NCBI GenBank assembly: GCA_964016885.1
Contig: OZ024740.1
Location: 322,958,001-323,022,000, forward strand
DNA length: 64,000 nucleotides
From: Eledone cirrhosa
Lineage: Eukaryota
Reading direction: 5' to 3'
Below the pieces are notes generated by a model. That model ran no database searches, was not told the origin of the DNA, and saw only the letters and a program-made list of their open reading frames with translations. Positions 47,285-61,102 of the stretch are shown here, piece after piece. How positions within the stretch are numbered: position 1 is the first letter of the stretch; each line of letters opens with the position of its first letter. The position numbers were made by a program, and so were the translations under genes.

Positions 47285-49462
47285 CAATGGTCTGCGTTTC
47301 TAAACTTTTTTAAAAAGGTCAAGGGCTTTCCAAATGATTTAGGACCCGTTTTGCATGCTGAATTCAAAAATACAGTTTATTTTTCTGGGTCAGGTCTGGT
47401 TTCTAAGATATAGTCTATTTCTTTTCCAGCATATTTTTCTAAAATATCGCAATCCAAGCGTTTATGGGCTTTGCTTTTGCAAAACCTGGTCGTGGGTAAC
47501 CTTTAATAATAATTTTTATTTCTCTTTTCAGGTCTAGAAAAATGGATCGGAAGTGTAAAAACCATCCTAATAGGTTCTGTTACATCTGCGGACATGTGGT
47601 TCTTCCAGACCGTCAAGCAAAAATCACGGATTTTGTATCCTGGTCCCCTACTTTGGAGTCAAACTAGGGGACCAGGATGAGCTATTCGCTCCCCATATCT
47701 GCTGCAAAACATGTGTAGAGAACTTACGGGATTGGAGGAACAAGAAAAGGAAGAGTATGCCATTTGGTGTCCCAATGGTGTGGAGGGAAGGGAAAGATCA
47801 CGTTACTGACTGCTACTTTTGCATGACAAGTCTAAAAGGCATCAATCGCAAGAACAAGCACCATGTTCAATACCCTGATGTTCCTTCTGCCATAAAGCCA
47901 GTCCCCCATGGCCCCGATCTTCCTGTTCCTGAGCCAAATGTCACCATGGAATCTAGTTCTGATTCCGGATCTAGTGACATGATTGATACAGCTAAGTGTG
48001 ATGAATACAGGTCAGAAGAGGACGACCAACCGGTGCCTTTGACCCAAGCCGAACTCAATGACCTGACACGAGACCTGAACCTTTCGAAGGAGTCTGCCCA
48101 GCTACTGGGTTCTCGTCTTCGAGAGAAACGTCTACTGACGCCAGGAACAACATTCTATTGGTATCGGGACCGCGAGAGAGAATTTAGAAAATTCTTCATG
48201 TTTGATGAAGCATCTTCATTGGTCTACTGTAGCAATATTGCTGACCTGATTGAATTACTTGGTCTGAAGTATGATGCTATGGAATGGAGACTTTTCATTG
48301 ACTCATCTAACAGAAGTCTCAAAGCAGTTCTTCTGAATATCGGAAACAAGTTTTCATCGATCCCTGTTGGGCACTCAGTTGAAATGAAAGAATCCCACAA
48401 AAGCATGGAACGTCTGTTGTCTGCTCTGAACTACCAGAAACATAAATGGTTGATCTGTGGAGATCTTAAAGTTGTTGGACTCATCCTAGGACTTCAAGGT
48501 GGTTACACAAAGTATCCATGCTTTCTGTGCTTATGGCATAGCCGTGCTGATGACCAACATTATGTCAGACAAGAGTGGCTATTAAGACAAGGATTAAAAC
48601 CTGGATCACACAACGTTTTGTTCCACCATCTGGTTGAACCGAGCAAGATATTGCTTCCAACCCTCCACATCAAACTCGGTCTCATGAAGAACTTTGTAAA
48701 GGCATTGGACAGGGAAGGTGGAGGATTTGCTTTCCTCCATCAGAAGTTTCAACGAAAAAGCATGGAGAAAATTAAGGCAGGTATATTTGATGGTCCTCAA
48801 ATAAGGGAGCTCATCAAGGATACTAGTTTTGATGATGCACTGAATCCTGCTGAACTCTCTGCCTGGTTGTCCCTTAAGTCAGTCATTGCAAACTCCCTTG
48901 GCAACCACAGAAGTTCCCAGTATCAGAAGGTGGTTGATGAGTTAATGGAGAATTTCCGCCAACTTGGTGCGCGCGTGTCAGTGAAAATGCACTTCCTCCG
49001 GTCTCATCTGGACTATTTTCCAGAGAATTGTGGAGACTTCAGTGAAGAACACGGTGAGCGCTTTCACCAAGATATCAGTGTTATGGAGGAACGCTATCAA
49101 GGCCGATGGGATGTCAACTTTCTGGCCGACTACTGCTGGTGCCTAAAGAGGGATGCGCAGTCTGCTCAGCACAAACGGAAGTCCCTGAAGAGACCATTCA
49201 TCCATGAGTAGCTTCCTTAGTTCATTCTTGCTATCTATTCAAAATATTTTGTAAGCCTTCTGTGAATAAATCAGTCTAATATTTTCAATATTGCGTTTTA
49301 TTCACCTACAAATAGATCGGAATTTAGGATATTTTTAATGTGCTAATATTTCATTAACCTGATCTGATTGAGTAAAATGAGCATGATTTTTGGATTCAGT
49401 GCAAAAAACTGGCCTAAAATCATGTATTATATGTTAGACCTTGAAAACATCGCAGACCAGTG
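47285..49462 (+). mobile_element. Chapaev3-type (CMC superfamily) DNA transposon
   Basis: Termini CAATGGTCTGCG / CGCAGACCAGTG enclose a transposase; TSD not cleanly conserved (CGA vs TAA). Confidence 0.8.
47542..49211 (+). pseudogene. Chapaev3-type transposase; N-terminus frameshifted, 484-aa C-terminal part open
   Basis: MDRKCKNHPNRFCYICG..., DQD..APHICCKTC, WRE..DH..DCYFC, WRLFIDSS, ICGDLK, LHIKLGLMKNFVKA, GIFDGPQIR, KMHFL, SEEHGERFHQD; acceptor-like TTCTCTTTTCAG just upstream of the ATG. Confidence 0.85.
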
Positions 49463-50109
49463 TAATGATTACAATATTTTTGAGCAACAACTCTAGTCCC
49501 ACACTTTTGAAGGTTTATTATAACATTCTGTGGCTCTTTTGATCTTGCACATTTTTCAGGTCTAGTATATATATATATGCGTAAAAATATTGAATGTGTT
49601 ATTTAGCTAAAACTTGGTCGTTTGTTTCATTTATTTTTTCAATATCCCATAAAACATTTAATCTCTTCAGTTTATCATTTTTCCATTACTTTGTGTTGCA
49701 GTTTATTCTCGATTCATGTAAACGTATTCAGGAAAAACTTACCTCAAAAGACTTCAATATTAGCATTGTAAACTTTATTTATTGATATAACGCTTCATAT
49801 TCACACCATAGTATTATACCTGTGGCAAATGTTTGGTGCAAACTTACACACCAAATATACAAATCACTCTACCACACATTCTCTGATTATCTCTCTGTTA
49901 CTTAATAGATCGATAATCAATCAATTTCACAAATTGAACTTCTTTGTTTGATTAAAAGCAATAATCATATTTTAAATTTTCCTATTGATTTGGCGCCTTC
50001 TTCCTCTCACCAACCATGATCTATAAGAATTAATCAAATAATGACTTAATAACCATCAGATTCGCACTGGAAATTAGTACAACTTTCTCGAATGTTTCAG
50101 AAATTTATT

Positions 50110-50460
50110 GCAACAATCATCATCGCCACCACCATCACCAGTACCACCATCACATGTACCGCCATCACCACGACCACCACCACTACCACCACCACCACCA
50201 CCAGTACCACCATCACCACCACAACCAGTACCACCACCACAACCACTACCATCACCAGTAGCACCATCACCAACCCTACCACCACAAGTAGCACCACCAC
50301 TACCAATAAAAACACTACCACCACCAGTAGCACTACCACCACCACTACCACCACCACCAACACTACCATCACCATAAGCACCACCACCACCAGTACCACC
50401 ACCACCACCACAACCACCAGTACCCCCCCCCCCCCCCAACACCATCACTAGCATCACCAG
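50110..50460. repeat. (CAC)n degenerate trinucleotide repeat
   Basis: Direct reading. Confidence 0.9.
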
Positions 50461-50564
50461 TGTAATCTTAGGGGTCGGTAACATGGAATTGAACTTTTGA
50501 GCCAGTTATTAGCATTGTGCCGGAGACCAAGCGACCACTGCAGCAAATATAATATAATAATATA

Positions 50565-50740
50565 ATTGTTTCTACTTTAGGCACAAGGCCAGCAATTACC
50601 CAGTGCATTACTGGTACTTTATTTTATCGACCCCGTAAGGATGAAAGGCAAAGTCAACCTCGGCGGGATTTGAACTCAGATCGTAAAGGGACGTAACTAT
50701 GCTGGAAAGCATGGCGTCCGACCCTCTACCGATACTGCTA
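50565..50740 (-). mobile_element. Family A SINE (short subfamily lacking the GGGGAGGGG segment)
   Basis: Matches 54776-54965, 55174-55358 and 61103-61290. Confidence 0.85.
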
Positions 50741-50770
50741 AAATGGGGTCTTTAAAGACTTTGAGACGTG

Positions 50771-50821
<51 letters not shown>

Positions 50822-50983
50822 AAATGCTGGAGGGGACGAGATTTCAATCTAAGAGGTCACAGGAGTATGATCTGAGGCTTAATAGCAATTATCTGGCAGC
50901 GATAATAACAGCATAAATTGTAGATTTCAAATCCTAAATGATTTCATACCAAGTAACCTTCCTAAGTGCATATATATATATAT

Positions 50984-51063
<80 letters not shown>

Positions 51064-51244
51064 GGGAAGGTTATATATATATATCCAAATATGTACTCAC
51101 TTATATATATATATATATATATAAGCAAAAGGGATATTCAATTTGTTGGTAATTCAACAAATATAAATGTTTATAACTGATTCAAAGTACTCGACTGCTT
51201 TTCTGCAGTAATAAATATGGTTTTATAAATAGAGTTTCCATTTA

Positions 51245-51313
<69 letters not shown>

Positions 51314-51316
51314 TGC

Positions 51317-51355
<39 letters not shown>

Positions 51356-52134
51356 CATATACATACATTCACTTAAGAAGATTAACTGGTGTATATAAAT
51401 ATATACAAATTTTTTTTAATGGATACTAAAATGCTATTGTTAAAACATGATGATATGTGCTCCATGTTTTGTGTATATAGCAAATATATTATTCTACTTT
51501 TAACTCCTCTATATACACTCTTCATTTATTCGTTTATTCATTTATTCCATTCCAGAAGATAAAAAAAAAATTCTTTGAAATAATATATTTTACGTTTTCG
51601 ATATTGTCTTCAACACACCATTACGATTCCGCCCGCCTCTTTAGCATTGCTTATTTCAACAGAACCTTAATGCTATTATCTCACAATATAACTCCAAGAC
51701 ATTTCTGGATTTTTCGTAGAAAAACAACAACAAAAAACAAAAATATAATAAAAATAACAAAACGCAAAAATAAAATAAAAATTCGGTATATATAAAAGCA
51801 GGAAACAACATGGTAAAAGTGCCCCCCTCCTCCCGAATAAAAAATATATATGCATGAGAACGAATTCAAAATTAAATTAAGTGTTCCTGAATGGAAATAA
51901 CTTCAGGAATATGAAAGGAAGATAAAATTTATATCAAAATGGGTGTTTAAAACACTATAATACTTCAAACATTCAAACATTAAGTATACGTAGAGATGTA
52001 TAGATTGTATTTTTTTTTTTTTTAGTAGAAAAGTGTCAGTAACTTCGAAGTTTCAGCTTGATCGCTTCATCTGGTTTCGTCGTGTGGTGAAATAACATCT
52101 ATTTTATTTTTACTCTTTATATCAGGATAGATTG

Positions 52135-52223
<89 letters not shown>

Positions 52224-52227
52224 CGTG

Positions 52228-52290
<63 letters not shown>

Positions 52291-52583
52291 GAATAAATGA
52301 ACAGACAACAAAAAACAGAGAGGCAGTACAAATGATATGGTTTTCAGTTTCACGCTTGAGAGTGAGGGGGGGGGGGGGGGGCTATATATATGTTTTATTA
52401 ACCTGTTAGTTTTCTCGTTGCTTCGGTGTCGTGGCTGGGCTTGCCTGCCACAGTTTTCAATTTGTCATGCCGTCTAACGAATGTTATTACTCTGAGATTC
52501 CTCATCGAGTGCTTGGCTGCACAATTCCTCATTAAATCTCGTTGGCTTGGCTACAGCCGAAACTTCAATTTTACTAAACTTCC

Positions 52584-52648
<65 letters not shown>

Positions 52649-52855
52649 TGTGTATGTGTGTATATAAGTAGTACGAACAGAAAATACACAGAGAAAAATA
52701 CTTAACAGATAACTGCATCTCTACCTCGTCAGCCACCTTCTGTATGCTTTTTCGCACATTATGGTGGATTATTTACGGATGGTTGTTGCAGTATTGTTTT
52801 TATTTTTCTGTTGCTTGCTATGACTGTTGCCTAAATTTTCGGTCTCTCTCTCACC

Positions 52856-52967
<112 letters not shown>

Positions 52968-53039
52968 TTATTTATTTATATATTTACATACATACATTCA
53001 TACATACATACATATACACACACACATATATATATATAT

Positions 53040-53898
53040 ATGATAATAATGGAGCTGCGGCGCTGCAAATGGGTTACATAAGAAAAAGTTTGTCCTCATC
53101 AGTGGCCTTCCAACCGTCGTAGGCATTTCGTCGCATTAAAGGCCATATACCTCAGGTTGGTGCGAGCAACGGCTAAAAAAAGTCGTTGGGACACGTAAAT
53201 AAGGACGACGCTAGGGTAAACAAACAAAATGGTTTAAGCAACAGAAAGTGATGAAGAAGAAACAAGTCCCAGATTTCTATGAATATAAATTCGGTGGAAC
53301 CGTGAACGAGAGAATAAAGACCATCAAACCTGGTTGAAATGTGAGCAAGGAAGGAATTTCGCACAGGTCTAACGGGGGGAAGAAGAGGTCTGGTCTGCGA
53401 ATTCGGTAAACATAAGTTCTGTGAAGTCGCAGACGAGAGAGAGAGAAAAAAAATTCATACCGGCTTGGCCAAGTGCCCGCGAGAAAAGGATTACGGACAG
53501 GTCAAACGGGAAGAAAGGGGAGGGGGAGAGGTAGTGACAGAGAGTGAGTGAGTGAAAGGTGAGGAAGAGGCTAACAGAGAGAGAGAGAGAGAGACTGCTA
53601 GAAAGGGTAAAGACACAAAGAACGAAACAGACTGGTGGCAGCGGAGGAAAAAATATATGTGTAAATATGATAATAATGGAGCTGCGGCGCTGCAAATGGG
53701 TTACATATGAAAAAGTTTGTCCTCATCAGTGGCCTTCCAACCGTCGTAGGCATTTCGTCGCATTAAAGGCCATATACCTCAGGTTGGTGCGAGCAACGGC
53801 TAAAAAAAGTCGTTGGGACACGTAAATAAAGGGGACGCTAGGGTAAACAAACAAAATGGTTTAAGCAACAGAAAGTGATGAAGAAGAAACAAGTCCCA
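53040..53898. mobile_element. Non-coding element with 232-bp direct terminal repeats inside (TA)n
   Basis: 53040-53271 and 53667-53898 are nearly identical (TGATAATAAT...AAGTCCCA) around a ~395-bp internal region. Confidence 0.75.
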
Positions 53899-53973
53899 TA
53901 TATATATATAATACGAAAAACTATAATAATTATATATAATACAAAAAAACTATAATGCGTAGGAACATTGACA

Positions 53974-54017
<44 letters not shown>

Positions 54018-54775
54018 ATGCTTGGGTGTTTGGCAGCAATAGTGGTAGTAATCACATTAGTTATAGTAGAAGCAGTAGAAGCAGAAGTAGTACTAATTGT
54101 AACAACAACAGCAGCAGCAGTAGTAGTAGTGGCAGTAGTAGTAGTAGTAGTAGTAATAGTAGTAGGAGGAGTAAGAGGAGGAGGAGGAGAAGAAGAAGAA
54201 GAAGCAGAAAGAAAAAGAAGAAATGACATTAGTAACAACAACACCTAAACAACAACAACAACAACAACAAGTAGCATAGCAGAGACAACAAATAATATCA
54301 ATGATAACAAACAATACACATATACAATAAAATGATATCAACAGTATAGGAGGATATTATTGAGAGAAGGCTTTAACAATGTTATTTTATAGGAATTACT
54401 GAGTTTGTTGTAGGTTTTAATTCCTTCAGCCCTACGGCTACTTACTGTTAATGTTAGAAATAAAATATAAGAAAACATAACTTAACTAAACTATACTATA
54501 CAATGCAATACAGTGAGAGCAACGAATCAACATTGAAGATGTTGACAATTGACTAAAAAAATAACGAATAGATACATATACAAATTAACAATAGATAGAA
54601 CAATAAACAACAAATAAGTATAATATATAATAAATAATAAATAAACAATAAATAAGTAATAAATAATAAATAAATAAAATATAAATAATAAATAAATAAA
54701 AAACTAATAAATAGATAAATAATAAATAATAAATACATAATAAATAATAAATAACTAATACATAACAAATAAATA

Positions 54776-55358
54776 ATTGTTTCTACGTTAGGCACAAGGC
54801 CAGCAATTACCCAGCGTATTACTGGTACTTTATTTTATCGACCCCGTAAAGATGAAAAGTAAAGTTAACCTAGGCGGGATTTGAAATCAGAATGGCAAGG
54901 GCCATAACTCTATGCGTCAAAGGATGGCGTCCGACCCTCTACCAATACTGCCAATCCACCGCCTATAAATACATAAATGATACATATATAATAAATAAAT
55001 AATAATAAATAAATAATGAATAATTAAATAATAAATAAATAACAAATAATAAAATAATGGATAAATATTATGTAAATAATAACTAAATAAATAATAAATA
55101 AATAATAAATAATAAATAAATATTAAATAATAAATAGATAAATTAATATGTAAAATAAATTTATAAGCAAATAATTGTTTCTATTTTAGGCACAAGGCCA
55201 GCAATTATCCAGTACATTACTGGTACTTTAATTTATAGACACCATAAGGATGAAAGGCAAAGTTAACCTCGGCAGGATTTGAACTCAGATCGTAAAGGGA
55301 CGTAACTATGCTGGAGAGCATGTCCGACCCTCTAGCGATACTGCCAATTCACCGCCCT
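54776..55358 (-). mobile_element. Two family A SINEs embedded in (AAAT/TAA)n
   Basis: 54776-54965 and 55174-55358 match the family consensus. Confidence 0.85.
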
Positions 55359-55431
55359 TTAATAGTTGTTAGTTTTAAAAACTGTTAGTTATTAAGAAAA
55401 CTAACAATTTATAAGTAAATAATACATACAT

Positions 55432-55704
<273 letters not shown>

Positions 55705-55761
55705 ATATTTTTATATGTATATATATATATATATATATACATATAAAAATATGGTATATGA

Positions 55762-55878
55762 AGGCGTGTGGCAGAGTGGTTAGACAATTGGATTCACAAT
55801 CTTGAGGTTGTGAGTTCGATTCCTGAACCGGGCGATGCGTTATGTCCTTGAGCAAAACACTTTATTTCACGTTGCTCC
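55762..55878 (+). mobile_element. Family B SINE 5' part
   Basis: GGCGTGTGGCAGAGTGGTTAG A-box, GAGTTCGATTCC B-box, TGTCCTTGAGCAAAACACTT. Confidence 0.75.
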
Positions 55879-56592
55879 TTCTACCTGGAGTTGCGACCGA
55901 TAGATAGTAATAGCAATTGGAAAGACCAACGGAAACATTGTTTCCTAGGTCGGATTTGACGAAAGTCGATCGATCCATATATATATATATATATATATAC
56001 CATATTTTTATATGTATATATATATCGTATATAAATATAATTCACCGAGAATCGTATTTCGGCTGGTAGAAAAAGCGAAACGAAACGCAAAATCGTAGAA
56101 ATGCTGGCAAGCGCTCCAATAGTTAAGAAAACTAAAGCTAAACAATATGTTAAAACGTCATACAAACTGAAAAAGTGGTTAAGAAGGCATTAACCAGCTA
56201 AGCCAAAAAACAAATCAAGCTAAACAGGTCAAACAAAATAAATGATAAAACAGACCTGGACCCAAATGGAATTGATGGTAAAATCCAAATGCCGGGTTTC
56301 TATGACGCCTAAATCAATAATACTGTCTGCTTAAAACTATAAGCTTTCAGCATAAAGATCGAACAAGGAATATCACGTTATCAACAGGTAATTTTGCTCT
56401 GTAACCAACTTTGCGAGTGACGCAGAACTTTGTAAACGCACATGCGTAAGTCACAAGGGGAAATTCCCCATATTTTGGCAAATGAATTCAGTATGTGTAT
56501 ATCATACAAAAAATTGCATAGATAGCACAAATCGAATAAGCACTCAACCAGGTAGTTTTTAAAATAAACTTATGCAATTAATCTGTCATTAG

Positions 56593-56665
<73 letters not shown>

Positions 56666-57548
56666 AAGTAAGGGGGTGAGGGAGAGAGGGGGAGGGAGGA
56701 AAATAATAAATGGGAGTGTGAGAGGGAGTTGGAATGAGGAGGTGAGGAAGAGATGGAGAGAGAGGGATGTAGAGATAGATTGAATGATGGGGAGAGAGTG
56801 AGAGAGACGTAGCAAGAGGGATTGAAAAAGGTGTGTGCAGGAGAGAGATGTAGAAAGAGAAAGAGAATGAAAGTATAACCGAGTGAGTATTTTGAAAGAA
56901 TCATTTCGTTGTTGGATTGAAGAGTTTTTATGAAAATATATCACTTGTTGGTGAAGTAAAGACAATGTCATGATATATATAGGGAGTGAGAGAGTAATTG
57001 AAACAATGAGGGAGTGGGAGGGAAAATATGGAGTAACAATGGGAGTGAGAGAGAGAGAGAGAGGGGGAGAGAGAGAAAGAGAGAGTATAATATAGAGAGG
57101 GGGAGAGAAGCGATTAGAACAAAATAACATATATACATATACGGTTATAGATAAGTGAATATAAAAATAAAATTCTAAAATCAAATAAAAAAATTAAATA
57201 GGGGAGGCAACTGGAGGCAAATTAAGTATTAAAACAAAGATAAAGAAAATATGGGAAACAAGGGACTCTGTAAAGCAGCTAGGAGGTTCTGTTGTTGAAT
57301 CTGTTCGTAACCTCCATGTATTCAAAGATTTTCTTTATAGTTGGTAGCAGATCTTTTAGAATATATTGTATCTCCAATCATTGAATTTGTTTTAATGATC
57401 GGCTTCAAGATGTCAGTCAGATAGTTTTTACATTGGAACAAATAGCGTCAAAGAGTTTCTGGAGGGTCACCAAAAGAACTGTATGTATGTATGTATGTAT
57501 GTATGTATGTATGTATGTATGTATGTATGTATGTATGTATGTATGTAT

Positions 57549-58102
57549 GTTCTTCTGGTTTTATAATTTCACAAATTTTTACCAATAGAGAGAGAGTCGG
57601 TTTCTAACATAGTTACAAGACTCTCTCATTGGAATTTACACAACATCAACTAGGTAGATATGTATGTATGTCTGCATGCATGCATGTGTAGATATGGATG
57701 TTATTGTATGTGTGGATATGTATATTTTGAGTTGTATGTGTGCATGTGTATATGCTTTGCATCTGTACATGTGTATATGCAGTTATTAGATGCAACATTT
57801 TTTTACTTTTCCATTAATGGATTGTATTTGTAATTTCCTAACTAGTTGCGGTCTTTCTTTTCCTGTGAAGCCTAGCTTCTCAAGATTTATATTGAGGCAG
57901 TTACTAGCATACCCCAGTGCCCCAATAATCACAGGCATAAATCTGAAGGTATTATCAGGGTGGAGTATCTGCAGATTTCTCATTAGATCCGCATAAATAT
58001 TCTCCTTTTCGCTAATCTTTGATATTATATTGGCATCTGCTGGGCAGCTAATTTCCACTACTCTGCATGCCTTCTTTTCCCTGTCCCATATCATTATATC
58101 AT
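57549..58102 (-). mobile_element. 3' end of an R4/Dong-like LINE with restriction-like endonuclease domain
   Basis: (DI)MIWDREKKACRVVEISCP...KENIY..L...PVIIGALG; putative 3' UTR ends at an (ATAC)n tract; that UTR is duplicated at 58122-58360. Confidence 0.8.
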
Positions 58103-58408
58103 CATTATATGTATGTATGTATGTTCTTCTGGTTTATAATTTCACAAAGTTTTACCAATAGAGAGAGAGTCGGTTTCTAACATAGACACAAGACTCTTTC
58201 ATTGGAATTTACACAACATCAACTAGGTAGATATGTATGTATGCATGTGTAGATATGGATGTTATTGTATGTGAGGATGTGTATGGTTTGAGTTGTATGT
58301 GTGCATGTGTATATGCTTTGTATCTGTACATGTGTATATGCAGTTATTAGATGCAAAATGTTTGGAATGTTTTACATATTTTTACTGTATGCATGTATGT
58401 TGTGTCAG

Positions 58409-59013
58409 GTCACCAGTTGGTGCTACTGGTAACATGTATCCCAGTACAACCTGTCTCATGGTCGGGTCGTTGGCGACTAAACTGGCAACCCCACCAAGGT
58501 TTCTTGGTGAGGAGGGTGGCTTTGGACATCCTGCAGGAGTAAAAACAAAACCTGTCAAAAGGCAAAGGGGCTCTTAAGAGTCAATAGCCATCCAAAATCA
58601 CCGGGAGAGATGACCCCTTAGCCTTTGTCAAGGCAGAATTCTAGGAGAAGGAAAACTCTGATATAACACCTGCAACCCTGATGGTATCCAATGATGTTGA
58701 ATTGTTCTTCTTTTTGGTAAATATCATCTTGGTTAAGAGAGTGGGACTGGCTTTGTGCAGTGCCTTTGCTCACTATAAAAGCTTCACAGCACAGGCATTG
58801 CTTTATATCTGGAGATCTCTCTGCACTTGTCGTCACATGGTACCATGGGCCCAGCACTCTGTGTCAATAATTGTCACAGGTGTAGTGTTTGTATCAGAGT
58901 TTTCAAGTCGCTGGCTGGACTAAAAAGTCACACTCGTTCAGCGCATTGGTAGGGGTTCTCCTACATGGATATAAAGTAGTGGCCGTACTCGAAAACGAGT
59001 TGGCAGCCACCAT
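58409..59013. mobile_element. ~605-bp non-coding interspersed repeat associated with (ATGT)n, copy 1
   Basis: Highly similar to 59732-60336; a diverged relative lies at 60337-61035. Confidence 0.8.
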
Positions 59014-59052
59014 GTATGTATGTATGTATGTATGTATGTATGTATGTATGTA

Positions 59053-59615
59053 TGCTTTTCTTTCTCTTAATTTCAAGTACATTTTTGACCGGCCACCTTT
59101 CTGGTGGCAAGGTTGTAAAAGAAAAGAAATTGTCATCCTTTGAATCGCAAGAATGTTTTGGAAATTTTGAAGGTGCCAGCTATCGCTATTTGTAGTCTAT
59201 GAATCAGGGAGCTGCGCGCTTTGTCCACAAATCCAAGTTCAGTTATACTTTGGTTCAGTTATACTGAATAATGCTCGAATAATGATGAATATGAAGCTGA
59301 AGGTGTATCTTGGATACTGGATCTGCGAACTCCTTATCAATGGTCTGTAGATGTCCTCCTTCTCTTGTATTTTTCTTACAACGTTGACATCAAGTGGGCA
59401 GCTGATCTCTACAAATGTGTAGTCCCAAGCGACAATATCAGGCTGGTTGTGCTTTAATTTGGTGGCAGTTTTTATTTTCAGGTTCCACCAGTATTCGTTA
59501 GTGCCATCTATCTCAACATATTCCTCTGCATTTGTTTTTAATTTTGTTTTCCTAATTGCGCTCCAGGTGGTTCTAGCTATCACATCGTGTCTCATAGGGA
59601 GGTAGTAGCGAGACA
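59053..59615 (-). pseudogene. Second R4/Dong-like LINE fragment (zinc-knuckle remnant + RLE)
   Basis: RYYLPMRHDVIA...WWN..IKT..KLKHNQPDIVAWD..VEISCPLD...KEDIY; bounded by (ATGT)n on both sides. Confidence 0.8.
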
Positions 59616-59731
59616 TGTATGTATCTATGTATGTATATATTATGTATGTAAGTATGTATGTATGTATGTATGTATGTATGTATGTATGTATGTATGTATG
59701 TATGTATGTATGTATGTATGTATATATGTAT

Positions 59732-60336
59732 GTCACCAATTGGTGCTACTGGTAACATGTATCCCAGTACAACCTGTCTCATAGTCGCGTCGTTGGCGAC
59801 TAAACTGGCAACCCCACCATGGTTTCTTGGTGAGGAGGGTGACTTTGGACATCCTGCAGGACTAAAAACAAAACCTGTAAAAGGTCAAAGAGGCTCTTAA
59901 GAGTCAATGGCCATCCAAAATCACCGGGAGAGATGACCCCTTAGCCTTTGTCAAGGCAGAATTCTAGGAGAAGGAAAACTCTGATATAACACCTGCAACC
60001 CTGATGGTATCCAATGATGTTGACTTGTTCTTCTTTTTGGTAAATATCATCTTGGTTAAGAGAGTGGGACTGGCTTTGTGCAGTGCCTTTGCTCACTATA
60101 AAAGCTTTACGGCACAGGCATTGCTTTATATCTGGAGATCTCTCTGCACTTGTCGTCACATGGTACCATGGGCCCAGCACTATGTGTAAATAATTGTTAC
60201 AAGTGTAGTGTTTGTACCAGAGTTTTCAAGTCGCTGGCCTTACTAAAAAGTCACACTCGTTCAGCGCATGGGTAGGGGTTCTCCTACATGGATATAAAGT
60301 AGTGGCCGTACTCGAAAACGAGTTGGCAGCCACCAT
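59732..60336. mobile_element. ~605-bp non-coding interspersed repeat, copy 2
   Basis: Direct repeat of 58409-59013. Confidence 0.8.
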
Positions 60337-60560
60337 ATGGGTTACAGTAAGAGTGACCCGACATACATACAGTACAAACTGTAACCCAGTACAAACTGTC
60401 GACTGGTCGGGTCGTCGGCGACTAAACCGGCAACCCCACCAAGTTTACTTGGTGAGGAGGGTGATTTTGGACACCCTGCGTGACAAAAAATAAAACCTGA
60501 CAAAGGGTGGAAGTACTCATATGAGTCAATGGTCATCCAAAAATGTGTAAATATGTATGC

Positions 60561-60603
<43 letters not shown>

Positions 60604-60615
60604 TATACATGTATA

Positions 60616-60655
<40 letters not shown>

Positions 60656-61102
60656 TATACGTGTATATATGTGTATGTATATGAACGGGGATATAGAAAT
60701 AATCGGGCTGGACACCCGATCGCGCAGTTAAACCACCGGGAGTGAAGGGCCCCTAGCCTTTGTCAGGCCATTCTTCTGGGAGTATTCAACTCAGGAAACT
60801 GGAATAACTCCGACATAAAACCTGCGGCTCAGTAATTGCCGATGATGTTGATCTTTTGTTCTGTTCGGGTTATAGCTACTGTCGCTCAGAGAGTGGGATT
60901 GGTTCAGTGCACATTCTTTCCTCACTTAAAAAACCATCTTCATGCACAGGCATTGCAAGATAGCATTAATTGATAATTATTCATCATGTTATATCGTGCA
61001 ATGGCCATACTCGATAACGAGGGGCAGCCATCATGCATGCATGTATGTATGTATGTATATATTTATATATGTATGTATGCATGTTTGAATGTATGTATAA
61101 TA

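Noticed and set aside
50074-50484. Gly-rich, Pro-rich or Thr-rich ORFs
   Set aside because: A (CAC)n repeat open in several frames, with no gene context.
55762-55832. tRNA gene
   Set aside because: The A/B boxes continue into a SINE core and no proper acceptor stem is seen, so this is a SINE head.
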